A program made the position numbers and the translations under genes. A DNA stretch of 41,538 nucleotides. Origin: Thermoplasmatales archaeon SW_10_69_26. GTDB lineage: Archaea > Thermoplasmatota > SW-10-69-26. Location of the stretch: the NCBI GenBank assembly GCA_003009755.1, contig PXUB01000020.1, positions 1 to 41,538 of the forward strand. The letters run 5' to 3'. Below are positions 18,251 through 29,769 of this stretch, piece by piece (the first letter of the stretch is position 1; every line of letters starts with the position of its first letter). The notes below the pieces were generated by a model, which saw only the letters and a list, made by a program, of their open reading frames with translations, did not search any database and was not told the origin of the DNA.

Positions 18251-18457
18251 TCAGGCCCCCGGACGATCGAGTCGATCGGCCTCGCGGATGTTCTCGCGGG
18301 CGTCCTCGATCTCCGAGGGTGAGCGCAGATCCTGGAGGTCCCTCAGATCCCCTCCCCCGAGCAGCCTCATGACCGTGTCGCTGTAGCTTTCTCCCGGACG
18401 TTTGGCGTTCGTGAGTCGCCGATACGCATCGTCCGAAAGCTGGACCATCCGAGTCAT
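18251..18457 (-). CDS. vapB: Archaeal VapB antitoxin (DUF217-like)
   Basis: MTRMVQLSDDAYRRLTNAKRPGESYSDTVMRL, directly upstream of the PIN gene. Confidence 0.88.
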   Translation of the reverse strand: MTRMVQLSDDAYRRLTNAKRPGESYSDTVMRLLGGGDLRDLQDLRSPSEIEDARENIREADRLDRPGA

Positions 18458-18603
18458 TAGAGACAACATACGTTTACGCCGTATATTGGTTTTATGCGTG
18501 GTGTGGAACGGGCGCGGCAGGTCTGCTGCGGTCCGCCGCCTGCCTCGGGCCCCTCTACCTTTCCTGCTCGTCGTTCGTCGCGGCTCCCGGAGGTCTGAGG
18601 GGC

Positions 18604-18981
18604 TCAGCCGTAGGTGATCGTCTCCTGGGCCGGGAAGTGGTGGGCGTTGCCCGTCACGATCGGGAGACCACCGCGGTTCTCGGCCACTCCTCCGATCAGC
18701 ACGTCGCTCCAACCCGGGAAGGTTCCCTCATCGAGCGTGCGCCCAGCGAGGGCGGCGGCCTCGCGGGCGTCCCCGGTTCGCAGCTCGACGACCTCACCGG
18801 CCCCTCGGAGCTGGTCGACGTCGCTTTGCGGATCCGAACAGCCGGCCAGGTACTCGGCGACCACGACCGTCGGGATGACGAGCAGCTCGTGGTCGGCCGC
18901 GAAGCGGTCGGCCAGGTCCCTGGCACCGTCGTTGCCTTTGGCGATGTCGACGAGGAAGGACGTGTCGACGACCACCGCCAT
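18604..18981 (-). CDS. vapC: PIN domain toxin (VapC)
   Basis: MAVVVDTSFLVD, VVAEYLAG, SDVLIGGVA and VTGNAHHF. Confidence 0.9.
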   Translation of the reverse strand: MAVVVDTSFLVDIAKGNDGARDLADRFAADHELLVIPTVVVAEYLAGCSDPQSDVDQLRGAGEVVELRTGDAREAAALAGRTLDEGTFPGWSDVLIGGVAENRGGLPIVTGNAHHFPAQETITYG

Positions 18982-19218
18982 TCAATCGTCTCCCTGACCG
19001 AACAGCTCGTCCAGCTTGGCCCGATCGGAGGCTCGGCCGCGGGCCCGCAGTTCCTCGAGGTCGAAGTCCTCGCTAGGCTCGCTGAGTTCCAACAGCTTGC
19101 GGGGATCGCGTCGCTCGGCGGCGATCCGGATCACGGTGTCGCTGTAGGACTCGTCCTCGCGCTTGAGGGCCGTCAGTAGGCCGTAGGCGTCCTCGCTGAG
19201 GTGAACGGATCGCGCCAT
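18982..19218 (-). CDS. vapB: Archaeal VapB antitoxin (DUF217-like)
   Basis: MARSVHLSEDAYGLLTALKREDESYSDTVIRI; paralogous to 18251-18457. Confidence 0.88.
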   Translation of the reverse strand: MARSVHLSEDAYGLLTALKREDESYSDTVIRIAAERRDPRKLLELSEPSEDFDLEELRARGRASDRAKLDELFGQGDD

Positions 19219-19359
19219 TCTACACACCTGTGGTGTGTGGAACATCTTGAATGTTCTGACGGATCGGGGACGAAACTGCGACTGTTGTTCTCGGCGCGAC
19301 GATCCGTCCTCCATCCCGCCGCCTCGACCGGCCTGTCGAAGAGCACGCCCTCCCGGGAG

Positions 19360-19390
19360 CCAACGCTCAAGTACGGGGGCCCGCTACCGG
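19360..19390 (+). promoter_or_regulatory. Putative promoter of uvrA (motif shared with uvrB)
   Basis: ccaacgctcaagtacgggggcccgctaccgg; see 11230-11260. Confidence 0.55.
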
Positions 19391-19403
19391 CGAGTTGCAC
19401 ATC

Positions 19404-22262
<2,859 letters not shown>

Positions 22263-22322
22263 CCGGTCCGCTGGGTTCGGTGGACGCTCGGCTGCCTCCT
22301 CGCGGGTCCAGGGTTGTCCTCG

Positions 22323-22442
22323 TCAGGGACCGGTGTCGGGGTTGCAGCTTCGGCACACGCTGGCCGAGACCTGACGGGCGACAGCCTCGGGGACCCGGGA
22401 GATCGTCGCCCCGCACGACCGACATCGGAAGGTTCCGCTCAC
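22323..22442 (-). CDS. Putative 39-aa zinc-finger microprotein (CxxC-x19-CxxC)
   Basis: (M)SGTFRCRSCGATISRVPEAVARQVSASVCRSCNPDTGP*. GTG start preceded by SD-like GGTGAGG. Confidence 0.55.
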   Translation of the reverse strand: MSGTFRCRSCGATISRVPEAVARQVSASVCRSCNPDTGP

Positions 22443-22588
22443 GGTTGCCTCACCGAGGCTCACCGCGTGGTCCCGGTTAACGAGGGCTTGGAGTGCCCCA
22501 GGCCCGCGCCACCCCCAGCGCCCAACCGACCCTCGCCCACGGACGGGCAAACAGACCATTTCCCCTCCGTAGGGGTCCACCTTGACGC

Positions 22589-22801
22589 TCATCCGTCCTG
22601 CCGGCGGGTGCCCATCCCCCAGCCCATGATGACCATGCCGAGGAGGAACAACGTGGCGCCCCCGACGAGGGCGGTGCGATCCTGGCCGCCGGCGGCCAGG
22701 TCCACCCCCTGGAACAGCCACCACATCCCGCCGACGGTCATCAGCCCGCCGGTCCAGAAGACCCAACGCACGCCAGCGCCAGCGCCCGGCCGAGGTTTCA
22801 C
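22589..22801 (-). CDS. Small two-TM membrane protein
   Basis: WVFWTGGLMTVGGMWWLFQG and ALVGGATLFLLGMVIMGWGM hydrophobic helices. Start uncertain. Confidence 0.6.
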   Translation of the reverse strand: MKPRPGAGAGVRWVFWTGGLMTVGGMWWLFQGVDLAAGGQDRTALVGGATLFLLGMVIMGWGMGTRRQDG

Positions 22802-22886
22802 GGTTTCGGCCCCGAAAGGACCCAAACGTGGGTTTGGTGGGGGCCAAGCTTGACGATGCGGCCCCCGTATGCGGGCGCGAGCCGCC

Positions 22887-23270
22887 ATGGACGACGTCAA
22901 CGAGATGTTCGAGGAGAGCTTGGACGAGCTGGCCGACGTGCTGGCCGCCGACAACGTGGTCGGCAAGCCGGTGGAGACCGAGTTCGGCGTGATCGTCCCC
23001 CTCCTGAGCGCGGGCTTCGGGTTCGGCGCCGGGGGTGCCAACGGCGACGGGAACAGCAAGGGCACCGGGGCCGGGGCCGGCGGTGGCATCAAGCCGGTCT
23101 CCGTCGTGGTGGTCGGACCCGAGGGCGTCCGCATCGAGCGCCTGGACGACAACCTCTGGGGTCGCCTGGGCGACACCGCCGCCCGCCTCATCGAACAGCA
23201 GCAGCGCCAGGCCGGTGGCTTCTCGATGCCCGGCGAAGGCGGGGGCTCCCCGGTCGAGGGCGCGGACTGA
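22887..23270 (+). CDS. GerW/YtfJ family protein
   Basis: VVGKPV....IVPL...GFGFGAGG...GAGAGGGIKPVSVVVV signature. Confidence 0.9.
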   Translation: MDDVNEMFEESLDELADVLAADNVVGKPVETEFGVIVPLLSAGFGFGAGGANGDGNSKGTGAGAGGGIKPVSVVVVGPEGVRIERLDDNLWGRLGDTAARLIEQQQRQAGGFSMPGEGGGSPVEGAD

Positions 23271-23273
23271 GCC

Positions 23274-24065
23274 GTGTCCGCCTGGCTCTGGCTGGCGGGC
23301 CTGGCCCTGTTGCTCGTCCTCCTGGCGGCGCTGGCCCTGTCCTCCCCGATCGAGGTGGAAGCCTACGCCGCCTACCCCGCCCAGCCGCCCGTGCAGGTCG
23401 ACGTCCGATGGCTCTACGGCGTCGTCAATCTCGAGGGCCTGGGCCCCTCCGCCGAGGAGGAGCCCGAGGCCCACCCCGAGCCGGAGCCCAAGCCGCCGGC
23501 CGAGTCTGCCCAGCCGGCCCCCGAACGGCAGGCCCCTCCCGAGCCCGAGCCGGGGCCGGCACCGGAGGCCGAGACACGGCCGGAAGCCGAGGAACGCGGC
23601 CCCGAGCCGGGGCCCGAGGACGAGGACGAAAGCCGCCTCGAGAGCGCGCTCGACCAGGGCGTCGAGTACCTGGAGACGCGCAAGGACGTCGAATCGAAGG
23701 TCCAACGCGCCCTGGCCGTCCTCCGCACCGAAGACCTGCCGCTGGCTGTGACACGCATGCTGCGGGACCTCGTGCACGCCGTGCACGTCGAACGGATCGG
23801 CGTCCAGGCCGGGTTCGGGTTCGGCTCGCCGGCCCAGACCGGCAAGGTCTTCGGCCAGCTCACGGCGGCGTTCGCGTGGACGCACGCGACCGACAAGATC
23901 CACGTGGACCTGCAACCGGATTTCCACGCGGTCGGCTTCGAGGCCGGCGCCGACGCCCACGTTCACGCTCGCACGTGGAAACTGCTCCGCCCCCTGATCG
24001 TGTTCGCGCTGGCTCCGCCCGTCTGGCAAGCGATCCGGAACGCGCGAGGCGGCAGCGATGGATGA
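23274..24065 (+). CDS. DUF2953 (YtfI-like) membrane-anchored protein with Pro/Glu-rich linker
   Basis: N-terminal TM and FGFGSPAQTGKVFG...VDLQPDF motif; adjacent to ytfJ. Confidence 0.78.
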   Translation: MSAWLWLAGLALLLVLLAALALSSPIEVEAYAAYPAQPPVQVDVRWLYGVVNLEGLGPSAEEEPEAHPEPEPKPPAESAQPAPERQAPPEPEPGPAPEAETRPEAEERGPEPGPEDEDESRLESALDQGVEYLETRKDVESKVQRALAVLRTEDLPLAVTRMLRDLVHAVHVERIGVQAGFGFGSPAQTGKVFGQLTAAFAWTHATDKIHVDLQPDFHAVGFEAGADAHVHARTWKLLRPLIVFALAPPVWQAIRNARGGSDG

Positions 24066-24297
24066 GGGCGATCTCGAGCTGGGCGACCCGATCGTCGCCG
24101 GCGACACCGTGCTTCGTCCGATCACCCGCCGCCGCACCCTGGCTCACACGGGGGACGAGGGCGGGGGTCTGGTGGCTCGGTTGGCGCCCGTGGGGATCCT
24201 CGTCGAGCGAGACGGCTCGATGCGGGCCCTCGATCTCGACGGGGACGTGTTGCCGGAGGGCGTCCTCGACGATCTGAGGGATCGCGAGAGCGGCTGA
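24058..24297 (+). CDS. Small YtfJ-like protein
   Basis: GDPIVAGDTVLRPI...PVGILVERDG resembles the YtfJ core. Overlaps the upstream stop. Confidence 0.65.
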   Translation: MDEGDLELGDPIVAGDTVLRPITRRRTLAHTGDEGGGLVARLAPVGILVERDGSMRALDLDGDVLPEGVLDDLRDRESG

Positions 24298-24298
24298 G

Positions 24299-24619
24299 TC
24301 ACTCGCGGGCGCGGACGTGCTCGGGGTCGAGCTGGGTCCCCTCGGCCCACAGCGAGCGCTCATGGAGATCCAGGCGCAGCTCACGCAGCGTCAAGGCCAA
24401 GATCATCCGGTCCGGGCGCACGCTGCGGACGTCGTCGGCGGACAGCCAGGCCCGCCTCAGATCGGTGTCGAGCAGGGACCGGGCTTCGTCCTCGAACTCG
24501 ATCTCGATCCCGAGACCACCGGTGGCGGGATCGGGGTGGAACCCGTCGCACTCGCCTAGCATGTGTCCGTGGCTGTCCAAGACGCGACGGGGTTGTTCGA
24601 TGGAGGGGGCCTTGTACAT
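24299..24619 (-). CDS. PRC-barrel-like protein
   Basis: RVLDSHGHMLGECDGFHPDPATG...WLSADDVRSVRPDRMIL pattern. Confidence 0.6.
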   Translation of the reverse strand: MYKAPSIEQPRRVLDSHGHMLGECDGFHPDPATGGLGIEIEFEDEARSLLDTDLRRAWLSADDVRSVRPDRMILALTLRELRLDLHERSLWAEGTQLDPEHVRARE

Positions 24620-24774
24620 CGACGCCACCGACCCCACTTGGGCAGCCACAGTATAAAGTCACACGGGCCATCGGCTGTCCTGGAACCCTCCAAGGTGAGG
24701 GTCCCCCCGCCCGGGACTGGTCGTCGGTCCTTCTCCCGGGGGTTCCTCGGTACTTCGACCTCCACCTGTGGGGA

Positions 24775-25074
24775 TCACACGATGCCGGAGCTGGGGGTCG
24801 ATCGATCGCCCGCGAGCTCGACCTCGATCTCCAGCTCGGGCTCGTCGCCGCCCTCGAACTCGATCTCCAGCTCGACCGGTTCGCGGTAGGTGAACGGGAT
24901 CCGCCAGCCCTCGCCGGTGAGCTCGATCTCCCGACCGGCTTGCAGCTGTTCGCCGAGCTCGACCAGGAACGCGCCGACGCTGTCGGCGTCGACGTCCAGC
25001 TCCTCTTCGAAGGAGCCGTCGACGATCGTCTCGGCTGCGGGCCCGGGCTCGCCGATGGGCGGGGCTTCGACCAT
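24775..25074 (-). CDS. Amphi-Trp domain protein
   Basis: VGAFLVELGEQL..G..IEL...PVELEIEF...ELEIEVEL. Confidence 0.78.
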   Translation of the reverse strand: MVEAPPIGEPGPAAETIVDGSFEEELDVDADSVGAFLVELGEQLQAGREIELTGEGWRIPFTYREPVELEIEFEGGDEPELEIEVELAGDRSTPSSGIV

Positions 25075-25185
25075 GGCCGGCTTCAGGGACCCTGGACGGG
25101 AAAGCCCCGTTGAAGGCGGGCATGTGAGGGACCCAGGCGTCCCTACCCCGAACGCCCAAGACCCCCTTTCCGTCTACCGGGAACC

Positions 25186-25935
25186 ATGGAGATCCTCGGG
25201 GCGAGCCAGCAGGCGGCCGAGCGCTGCCAGGCGTTGGACTTCGACGAGCCGGTCACCTGCACGTACAACCCGCTCGACTACGCCTGGGAGGGCTACCGCG
25301 CCTACCTCGAGCGCTTCGCGGACGAGCCCAAGGACGTGCTCATGGTCGGCATGAACCCCGGCCCGTGGGGGATGGGGCAGACCGGTGTCCCGTTCGGCGA
25401 CGTCGACCGCGTGCGCGAGGGCATGGGCATCGCCGACATCGAGGTCGACACGCCCGAGACCTACCTCGAGGACGAGCGACCCGTGCACGGGTTCGACTGC
25501 CCGCGCAACGAGCGCTCGGGGACGCGACTGTACGAGGGCCTGGCCGACCGCTTCGGCACGCTCGAGGACGCCTACGAGCACCTGTTCGTCGCCAACTACT
25601 GCCCGCTGTTGTTCTTCGACGACGAGGCCTCGAACATCACGCCGCCTCGGCTGCGGAAGGCCGACCGCGAGGCCCTGTTCGCCATCTGCGACGAACGCCT
25701 GTCGCGCTTGATCGACCACCTGGACCCGGACGCGCTCGTCGGCGTCGGCCGCTTCGCCGAGCGCCGGATCGAGGCCGTGCTCGCGGACCGCGGCGAGGAC
25801 CGGCAGGTCGAGTACCTGTTGCACCCGAGCCCGGCCAACCCGATGGCGAACAAGGACGGCGGCGAATACTGGCAGGCTCAGCTCGCCGAGACGCTGGAGG
25901 CGTGCGGGCTGGAAACCGAGGCGGTCGAGGCCTAG
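25186..25935 (+). CDS. SMUG1-like (family 3) uracil-DNA glycosylase
   Basis: YNPLDYAW, GMNPGPWGMGQTGVPFG, E.SG.RL, NYCPLLF, NITP and HPSPANP motifs. Confidence 0.92.
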   Translation: MEILGASQQAAERCQALDFDEPVTCTYNPLDYAWEGYRAYLERFADEPKDVLMVGMNPGPWGMGQTGVPFGDVDRVREGMGIADIEVDTPETYLEDERPVHGFDCPRNERSGTRLYEGLADRFGTLEDAYEHLFVANYCPLLFFDDEASNITPPRLRKADREALFAICDERLSRLIDHLDPDALVGVGRFAERRIEAVLADRGEDRQVEYLLHPSPANPMANKDGGEYWQAQLAETLEACGLETEAVEA

Positions 25936-25959
25936 ATCGGCGGGAGAGGGTCCGAGAGC

Positions 25960-25990
25960 CATAGAACTATATATCTATAGATTCATCGAT
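25960..25990 (+). promoter_or_regulatory. AT-rich promoter/operator of the TA pair
   Basis: atagaactatatatctatagattc contains the palindrome TCTATAGA, just upstream of the antitoxin ATG. Confidence 0.55.
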
Positions 25991-25996
25991 CACGCG

Positions 25997-26200
25997 ATGG
26001 CAGCCACCACCGTGTCCGTCTCAGAGGAAACGCGACGCGAGCTGATGGGGCTCAAGCACGAGAGGGGCAAGGGCAGCGTGGACGAGCTGCTCCAGGATCT
26101 CCTCGTCGAGTACCGCAAGATGAGGTTCCACGAGGCCGCCGGTCTCTTCCGCGAGCGACTCTCCGAGAGCGACCTCGACGTCGAGGACCTGATCGAGTGA
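25997..26200 (+). CDS. Putative antitoxin (RHH-like)
   Basis: TTVSVSEETRRELMGLK....SVDELL; overlaps the PIN start (GTGA). Confidence 0.8.
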   Translation: MAATTVSVSEETRRELMGLKHERGKGSVDELLQDLLVEYRKMRFHEAAGLFRERLSESDLDVEDLIE

Positions 26201-26613
26201 CCGAACTCGTCGTCGACACGAACGTCCTCTTCTCGGCTCTCTACGATCCCGAGTCCCCGCCCGGTCGAATCGTGGAGTTCGCCCTCGAGGGCACGGTCGA
26301 GCTCTACGCCCCCGAGACGGTCCGAGCCGAGCTCCGAGACGTGCTGGTGCGGAAGCTCGACTATACGAAGGACGAGTGGAGCGAGACGAAGCAAGCACTG
26401 CCGGTCGAGTGGATCGACGAGCCCGTCTACGAGGGCGAGATCGAGGAGGCGCGCTCGGCGATCGCCGACGAGGACGACGCACCCGTAGTCGCCGCGAGCC
26501 TCGTGACGGGCGCTCCCGTCGTCAGCGGCGACGGCGACTTCCACCCGCTCGAGGAGGCCGCCGTCGAGACGTACCGACCGCGAGCCAGCGTCGACGAGAT
26601 CGACGGCGGATAG
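26197..26613 (+). CDS. PIN domain toxin
   Basis: LVVDTNVLFSAL, DEDDAPVVAAS and VVSGDGDF. Confidence 0.9.
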   Translation: MTELVVDTNVLFSALYDPESPPGRIVEFALEGTVELYAPETVRAELRDVLVRKLDYTKDEWSETKQALPVEWIDEPVYEGEIEEARSAIADEDDAPVVAASLVTGAPVVSGDGDFHPLEEAAVETYRPRASVDEIDGG

Positions 26614-26641
26614 CCGCCCTCCTCCGCCGCTCTCCCGCCCA

Positions 26642-26806
26642 CGGGCTGTCTCGTTAAGCAGGGGCCGCGAAGGACACGAAGGATCGCCACGGCCACGAAC
26701 CTGTGACTCGCCGCCGGGCGGCTTTGGCACGGCAGCTGCTCTCCTTTGTGCCCTGGCGTCCCGTCGCGTACTTGGTGGTCCCCCCGTTTGTTATCCTTAC
26801 AGCACG
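26642..26806. mobile_element. MITE-like element family A, copy 2 (165 bp)
   Basis: Ends CGGGCTGT...ACAGCACG. Perfect 9-bp flanking duplication TCCCGCCCA (26633-26641 / 26807-26815). Confidence 0.9.
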
Positions 26807-26858
26807 TCCCGCCCACCCCGCAACCTTCTTGATGCCCAGGCCGGGATAGCTGTCCCAC

Positions 26859-28637
26859 GTGGTGTCGGATGAGCTGGTCGAGCGGGCTCGCGAGCTGCCG
26901 ACCGAGCCCGGCGTCTACCGGTTCGTGGACGCGGACGGCCAGGCCCTGTACATCGGGAAGGCCGCCGACCTGCGCGACCGGGTGACCAGCTACTTCACGG
27001 CGGGCACGCACGGGCACGGCCCCCGCATCGACCGGATGCTTGCGGAGGCCGAAGGGATCGAGACCGTGCTCGTCGACAGCGAGCAGGAGGCCTACCTGCT
27101 CGAGTCCAACCTGATCAAGGAGAAGAAGCCGCGCTACAACGTCCGCCTCACCGACGACAAGCGCTACCCGTGGATCCTGGTCTCCGACGAGGAGCACCCC
27201 CGGATCGACATCACGCGGGACAAGGCCGAGGAGGGCGACTACTACGGGCCGTTCCCCGACGTCGGGTCGGCGCGCGAGCTCGTGAACCTGCTGCGCGAAG
27301 CCTTCGGCGTCCGCGATTGCCCGCGCGAGCTGCCCGAGGGCTGCATCAAGCACGACATCGGCCTGTGCAAGGCGCCCTGCATGCTGGACATCGAGGAGAC
27401 CTACGCCGAGGCGGTCGAGCGCGTCCAGCACGTGTTGAAGGGCAACCCCCAGCCGGCGATCGCCGTGCTCGAGGAGCGCATGCACCAGGCCAGCGAGGAG
27501 CGGCGCTTCGAGCAGGCGGCCCGGCTGCGGGACGAGATCGAGGACATCCAGCGGTTGCTCGACGAGCAGGCGATCTTCGCCAGCGACCGCGAGGACCGGG
27601 ATGCCATCGCGATCGAGGGCACGCCCGAGCACGGGGTTGCGGTCGTGTTGCCGCGCCGCAGCGGGCGCGTGATCGACGCCCAGGACTTCCGCCTGCCAGG
27701 GTTCGAGGAGGCCGACCGCGCCGAGCTGTTGGCCGAGTTCCTGGCCCGCTACTACGAGGATCGGCCCTCGATCCCGCACCGGATCCTCGTGCCCGAGATG
27801 CCGACCGGTCACGAGGAGCTGGCCCAGGCCTTGGGCGCCCAGGCGGGGCGCAAGGTTCGCTTTCGGGTCCCCCAGCGCGGCAAGGGCAAGCGGATGCTGG
27901 ACCTGGCCGAGAAGAACGCCGGCTTCCAGCTCAAGCAGCTGCAGACCGAGCGCGGGCCCGACCCCGGCGTCGTCGACCTCAAACAGCGCCTGGCGCTGGC
28001 GGAGATGCCGCGCCGCATCGAGTGCGTGGACGTCAGCCACCACGGCGGCGAGGGCGTCGTGGCCGGCCTGGTCACCTTCGAGGACGGTCACGCCGACAAG
28101 TCCGGGTACCGGCGCTTCGATCTCTCGATCGAGAGCAACGACGACGTGGCCGGCATCCGGGAGGTCACCCGCCGCCGGTTGCGCCGGTTGACCGAGGAGG
28201 GCAAGGGCCTGCCGGACCTGTTCCTCGTCGACGGCGGCCGCGCCCAGGCCGACGCGGCGCGCGAGGCCGCCCGCGAGCTGGGGCTCGAGCTGGCGATCCT
28301 GGGCCTGGCCAAGGAGGAGGAAGCCGTGCACCGGCCGGGCTGGCGCGATCCCATCGATCTGCCCAACGAGGCGGCCGGGCTCAAGCTGTTGATGCGGGCA
28401 CGCGACGAGGCCCACCGCTTCGCGAACCAGTACAGCTCGACGAAGCGGACGAACACGCTCACGGACAGCGTGCTGGACGACGTGCCAGGGGTGGGCCCGG
28501 AGCTGCGGCGTCGGCTGCTGCGGGAGATGGGCAGCGTGGACGGGATCCGCGAGGCCACGGCCGAGGAGCTGACCGCCATCGACGGGGTCGGCCCCAAGCG
28601 GGCCCGGCGCATCAAGGCCACCCTGGGCGAGGGCTGA
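26859..28637 (+). CDS. uvrC: Excinuclease ABC subunit UvrC
   Basis: GIY-YIG domain (PGVY...LYIGKA..LRDRV.SYF), Cys cluster, UVR domain, RNase H-like domain (ECVDVSH, VDGG, RDEAHRFA) and tandem HhH. Confidence 0.98.
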   Translation: MVSDELVERARELPTEPGVYRFVDADGQALYIGKAADLRDRVTSYFTAGTHGHGPRIDRMLAEAEGIETVLVDSEQEAYLLESNLIKEKKPRYNVRLTDDKRYPWILVSDEEHPRIDITRDKAEEGDYYGPFPDVGSARELVNLLREAFGVRDCPRELPEGCIKHDIGLCKAPCMLDIEETYAEAVERVQHVLKGNPQPAIAVLEERMHQASEERRFEQAARLRDEIEDIQRLLDEQAIFASDREDRDAIAIEGTPEHGVAVVLPRRSGRVIDAQDFRLPGFEEADRAELLAEFLARYYEDRPSIPHRILVPEMPTGHEELAQALGAQAGRKVRFRVPQRGKGKRMLDLAEKNAGFQLKQLQTERGPDPGVVDLKQRLALAEMPRRIECVDVSHHGGEGVVAGLVTFEDGHADKSGYRRFDLSIESNDDVAGIREVTRRRLRRLTEEGKGLPDLFLVDGGRAQADAAREAARELGLELAILGLAKEEEAVHRPGWRDPIDLPNEAAGLKLLMRARDEAHRFANQYSSTKRTNTLTDSVLDDVPGVGPELRRRLLREMGSVDGIREATAEELTAIDGVGPKRARRIKATLGEG

Positions 28638-28701
28638 GGGGCCAGCCCGGCCAAGGCCGAAACGCCTAGCCTTAAAGGTCACCTCTCGGCGGACTGGACC
28701 T

Positions 28702-29769
28702 GTGGCTACCGCCACCGGGCCCCCGGATCGCGGCGAGGGCAGCGGTGGCTCTCCCGCGAGCACCCTCTCGTCGGCGAGGCAGCGTCTGCGGGGCCGGTGC
28801 CTGACGCTCGTGTTCGTCGCGTTGGCGGGCTTCGGCTTGACCTACGTCTACCTCCGCGTGGTCGGCGCCGGCTCGAGGGCACAGGTCCTGGGGGCCCTCG
28901 GCGGGCTGTTCATCGTCTTGACGATCGTCGGGATCGGTCTCCTGGGCCCGGTGCTGCGCCAACAGCAGGACCGGGAGTCCGTCTACGAGTTCCCTGGCTC
29001 CTCGACCGGCGGGGGGCAGCTCGACGTCACGCGGACCTGGACGCCGGCGGACGAGGAGCTGCGGGAGTTCACGTTCCTCGTAGCGCACGATCTGCGGGAG
29101 CCGGCGCGGACGGCGGCCACGCACGCCCGCCTGGCGCAGCGGGAAGCCGGCGAGGAGCTGTCCGACCAGGCCAACGACGACATCGAGACGGCGGTCTGGG
29201 CGGCCAAGCGGGTCGACACCCTCCTCGACGACCTGCTCACCTACGTCAGCCTCGAGGATCCAAGCCCCGAGCCGATGGAGGTCGAGGACGTCGTGCACGA
29301 CGTCATCGCCCGGTTGGGCGCCCGGATCGAGCGGTTCGAGGCCGAGATCGAGGTCGCCGGATCGACGACCGTGCACGGTGACCCCGACCAGATCGGCCGT
29401 CTGCTGGCGGAGCTGATCGACAACGCGATGAAGTTCGTCCCGCCGGGACAACGGCCCCGCATCGAGATCACCGGCGAGGCCACCGAGCAGGGCGCCCGCA
29501 TCGAGGTGGCTGACAACGGGATCGGGATGGACCCCGATCACGTCGACCGGGCCTTCGCGATCTTCCAGCGGTTGCACGCTCCCCACGAGTTCCAGGGGAC
29601 GGGCACGGGGTTGGCGATCTGCCGGCGCATCACCGAGCTGCACGGGGGCTCGATCGACGTGGAGAGCCCTCCCGGCGACGGCACCCTGTTCCGCATCCAC
29701 CTGCCTGCCCAGGCCAGGGCCGCCGAGGCCGAGGCCTTGGACGCGTCCCGCGATGGCTCTTCGCCGTGA
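28702..29769 (+). CDS. Membrane sensor histidine kinase
   Basis: Two TM helices, H-box AHDLREP, N-box LIDNAMKF, DNGIG and FQRLH...GTGTGLAIC. Start uncertain. Confidence 0.92.
   Translation: MATATGPPDRGEGSGGSPASTLSSARQRLRGRCLTLVFVALAGFGLTYVYLRVVGAGSRAQVLGALGGLFIVLTIVGIGLLGPVLRQQQDRESVYEFPGSSTGGGQLDVTRTWTPADEELREFTFLVAHDLREPARTAATHARLAQREAGEELSDQANDDIETAVWAAKRVDTLLDDLLTYVSLEDPSPEPMEVEDVVHDVIARLGARIERFEAEIEVAGSTTVHGDPDQIGRLLAELIDNAMKFVPPGQRPRIEITGEATEQGARIEVADNGIGMDPDHVDRAFAIFQRLHAPHEFQGTGTGLAICRRITELHGGSIDVESPPGDGTLFRIHLPAQARAAEAEALDASRDGSSP

Noticed and set aside
23450-23630. gagccc/gagccg repeats
   Set aside because: They simply encode the Pro/Glu linker of the DUF2953 protein.
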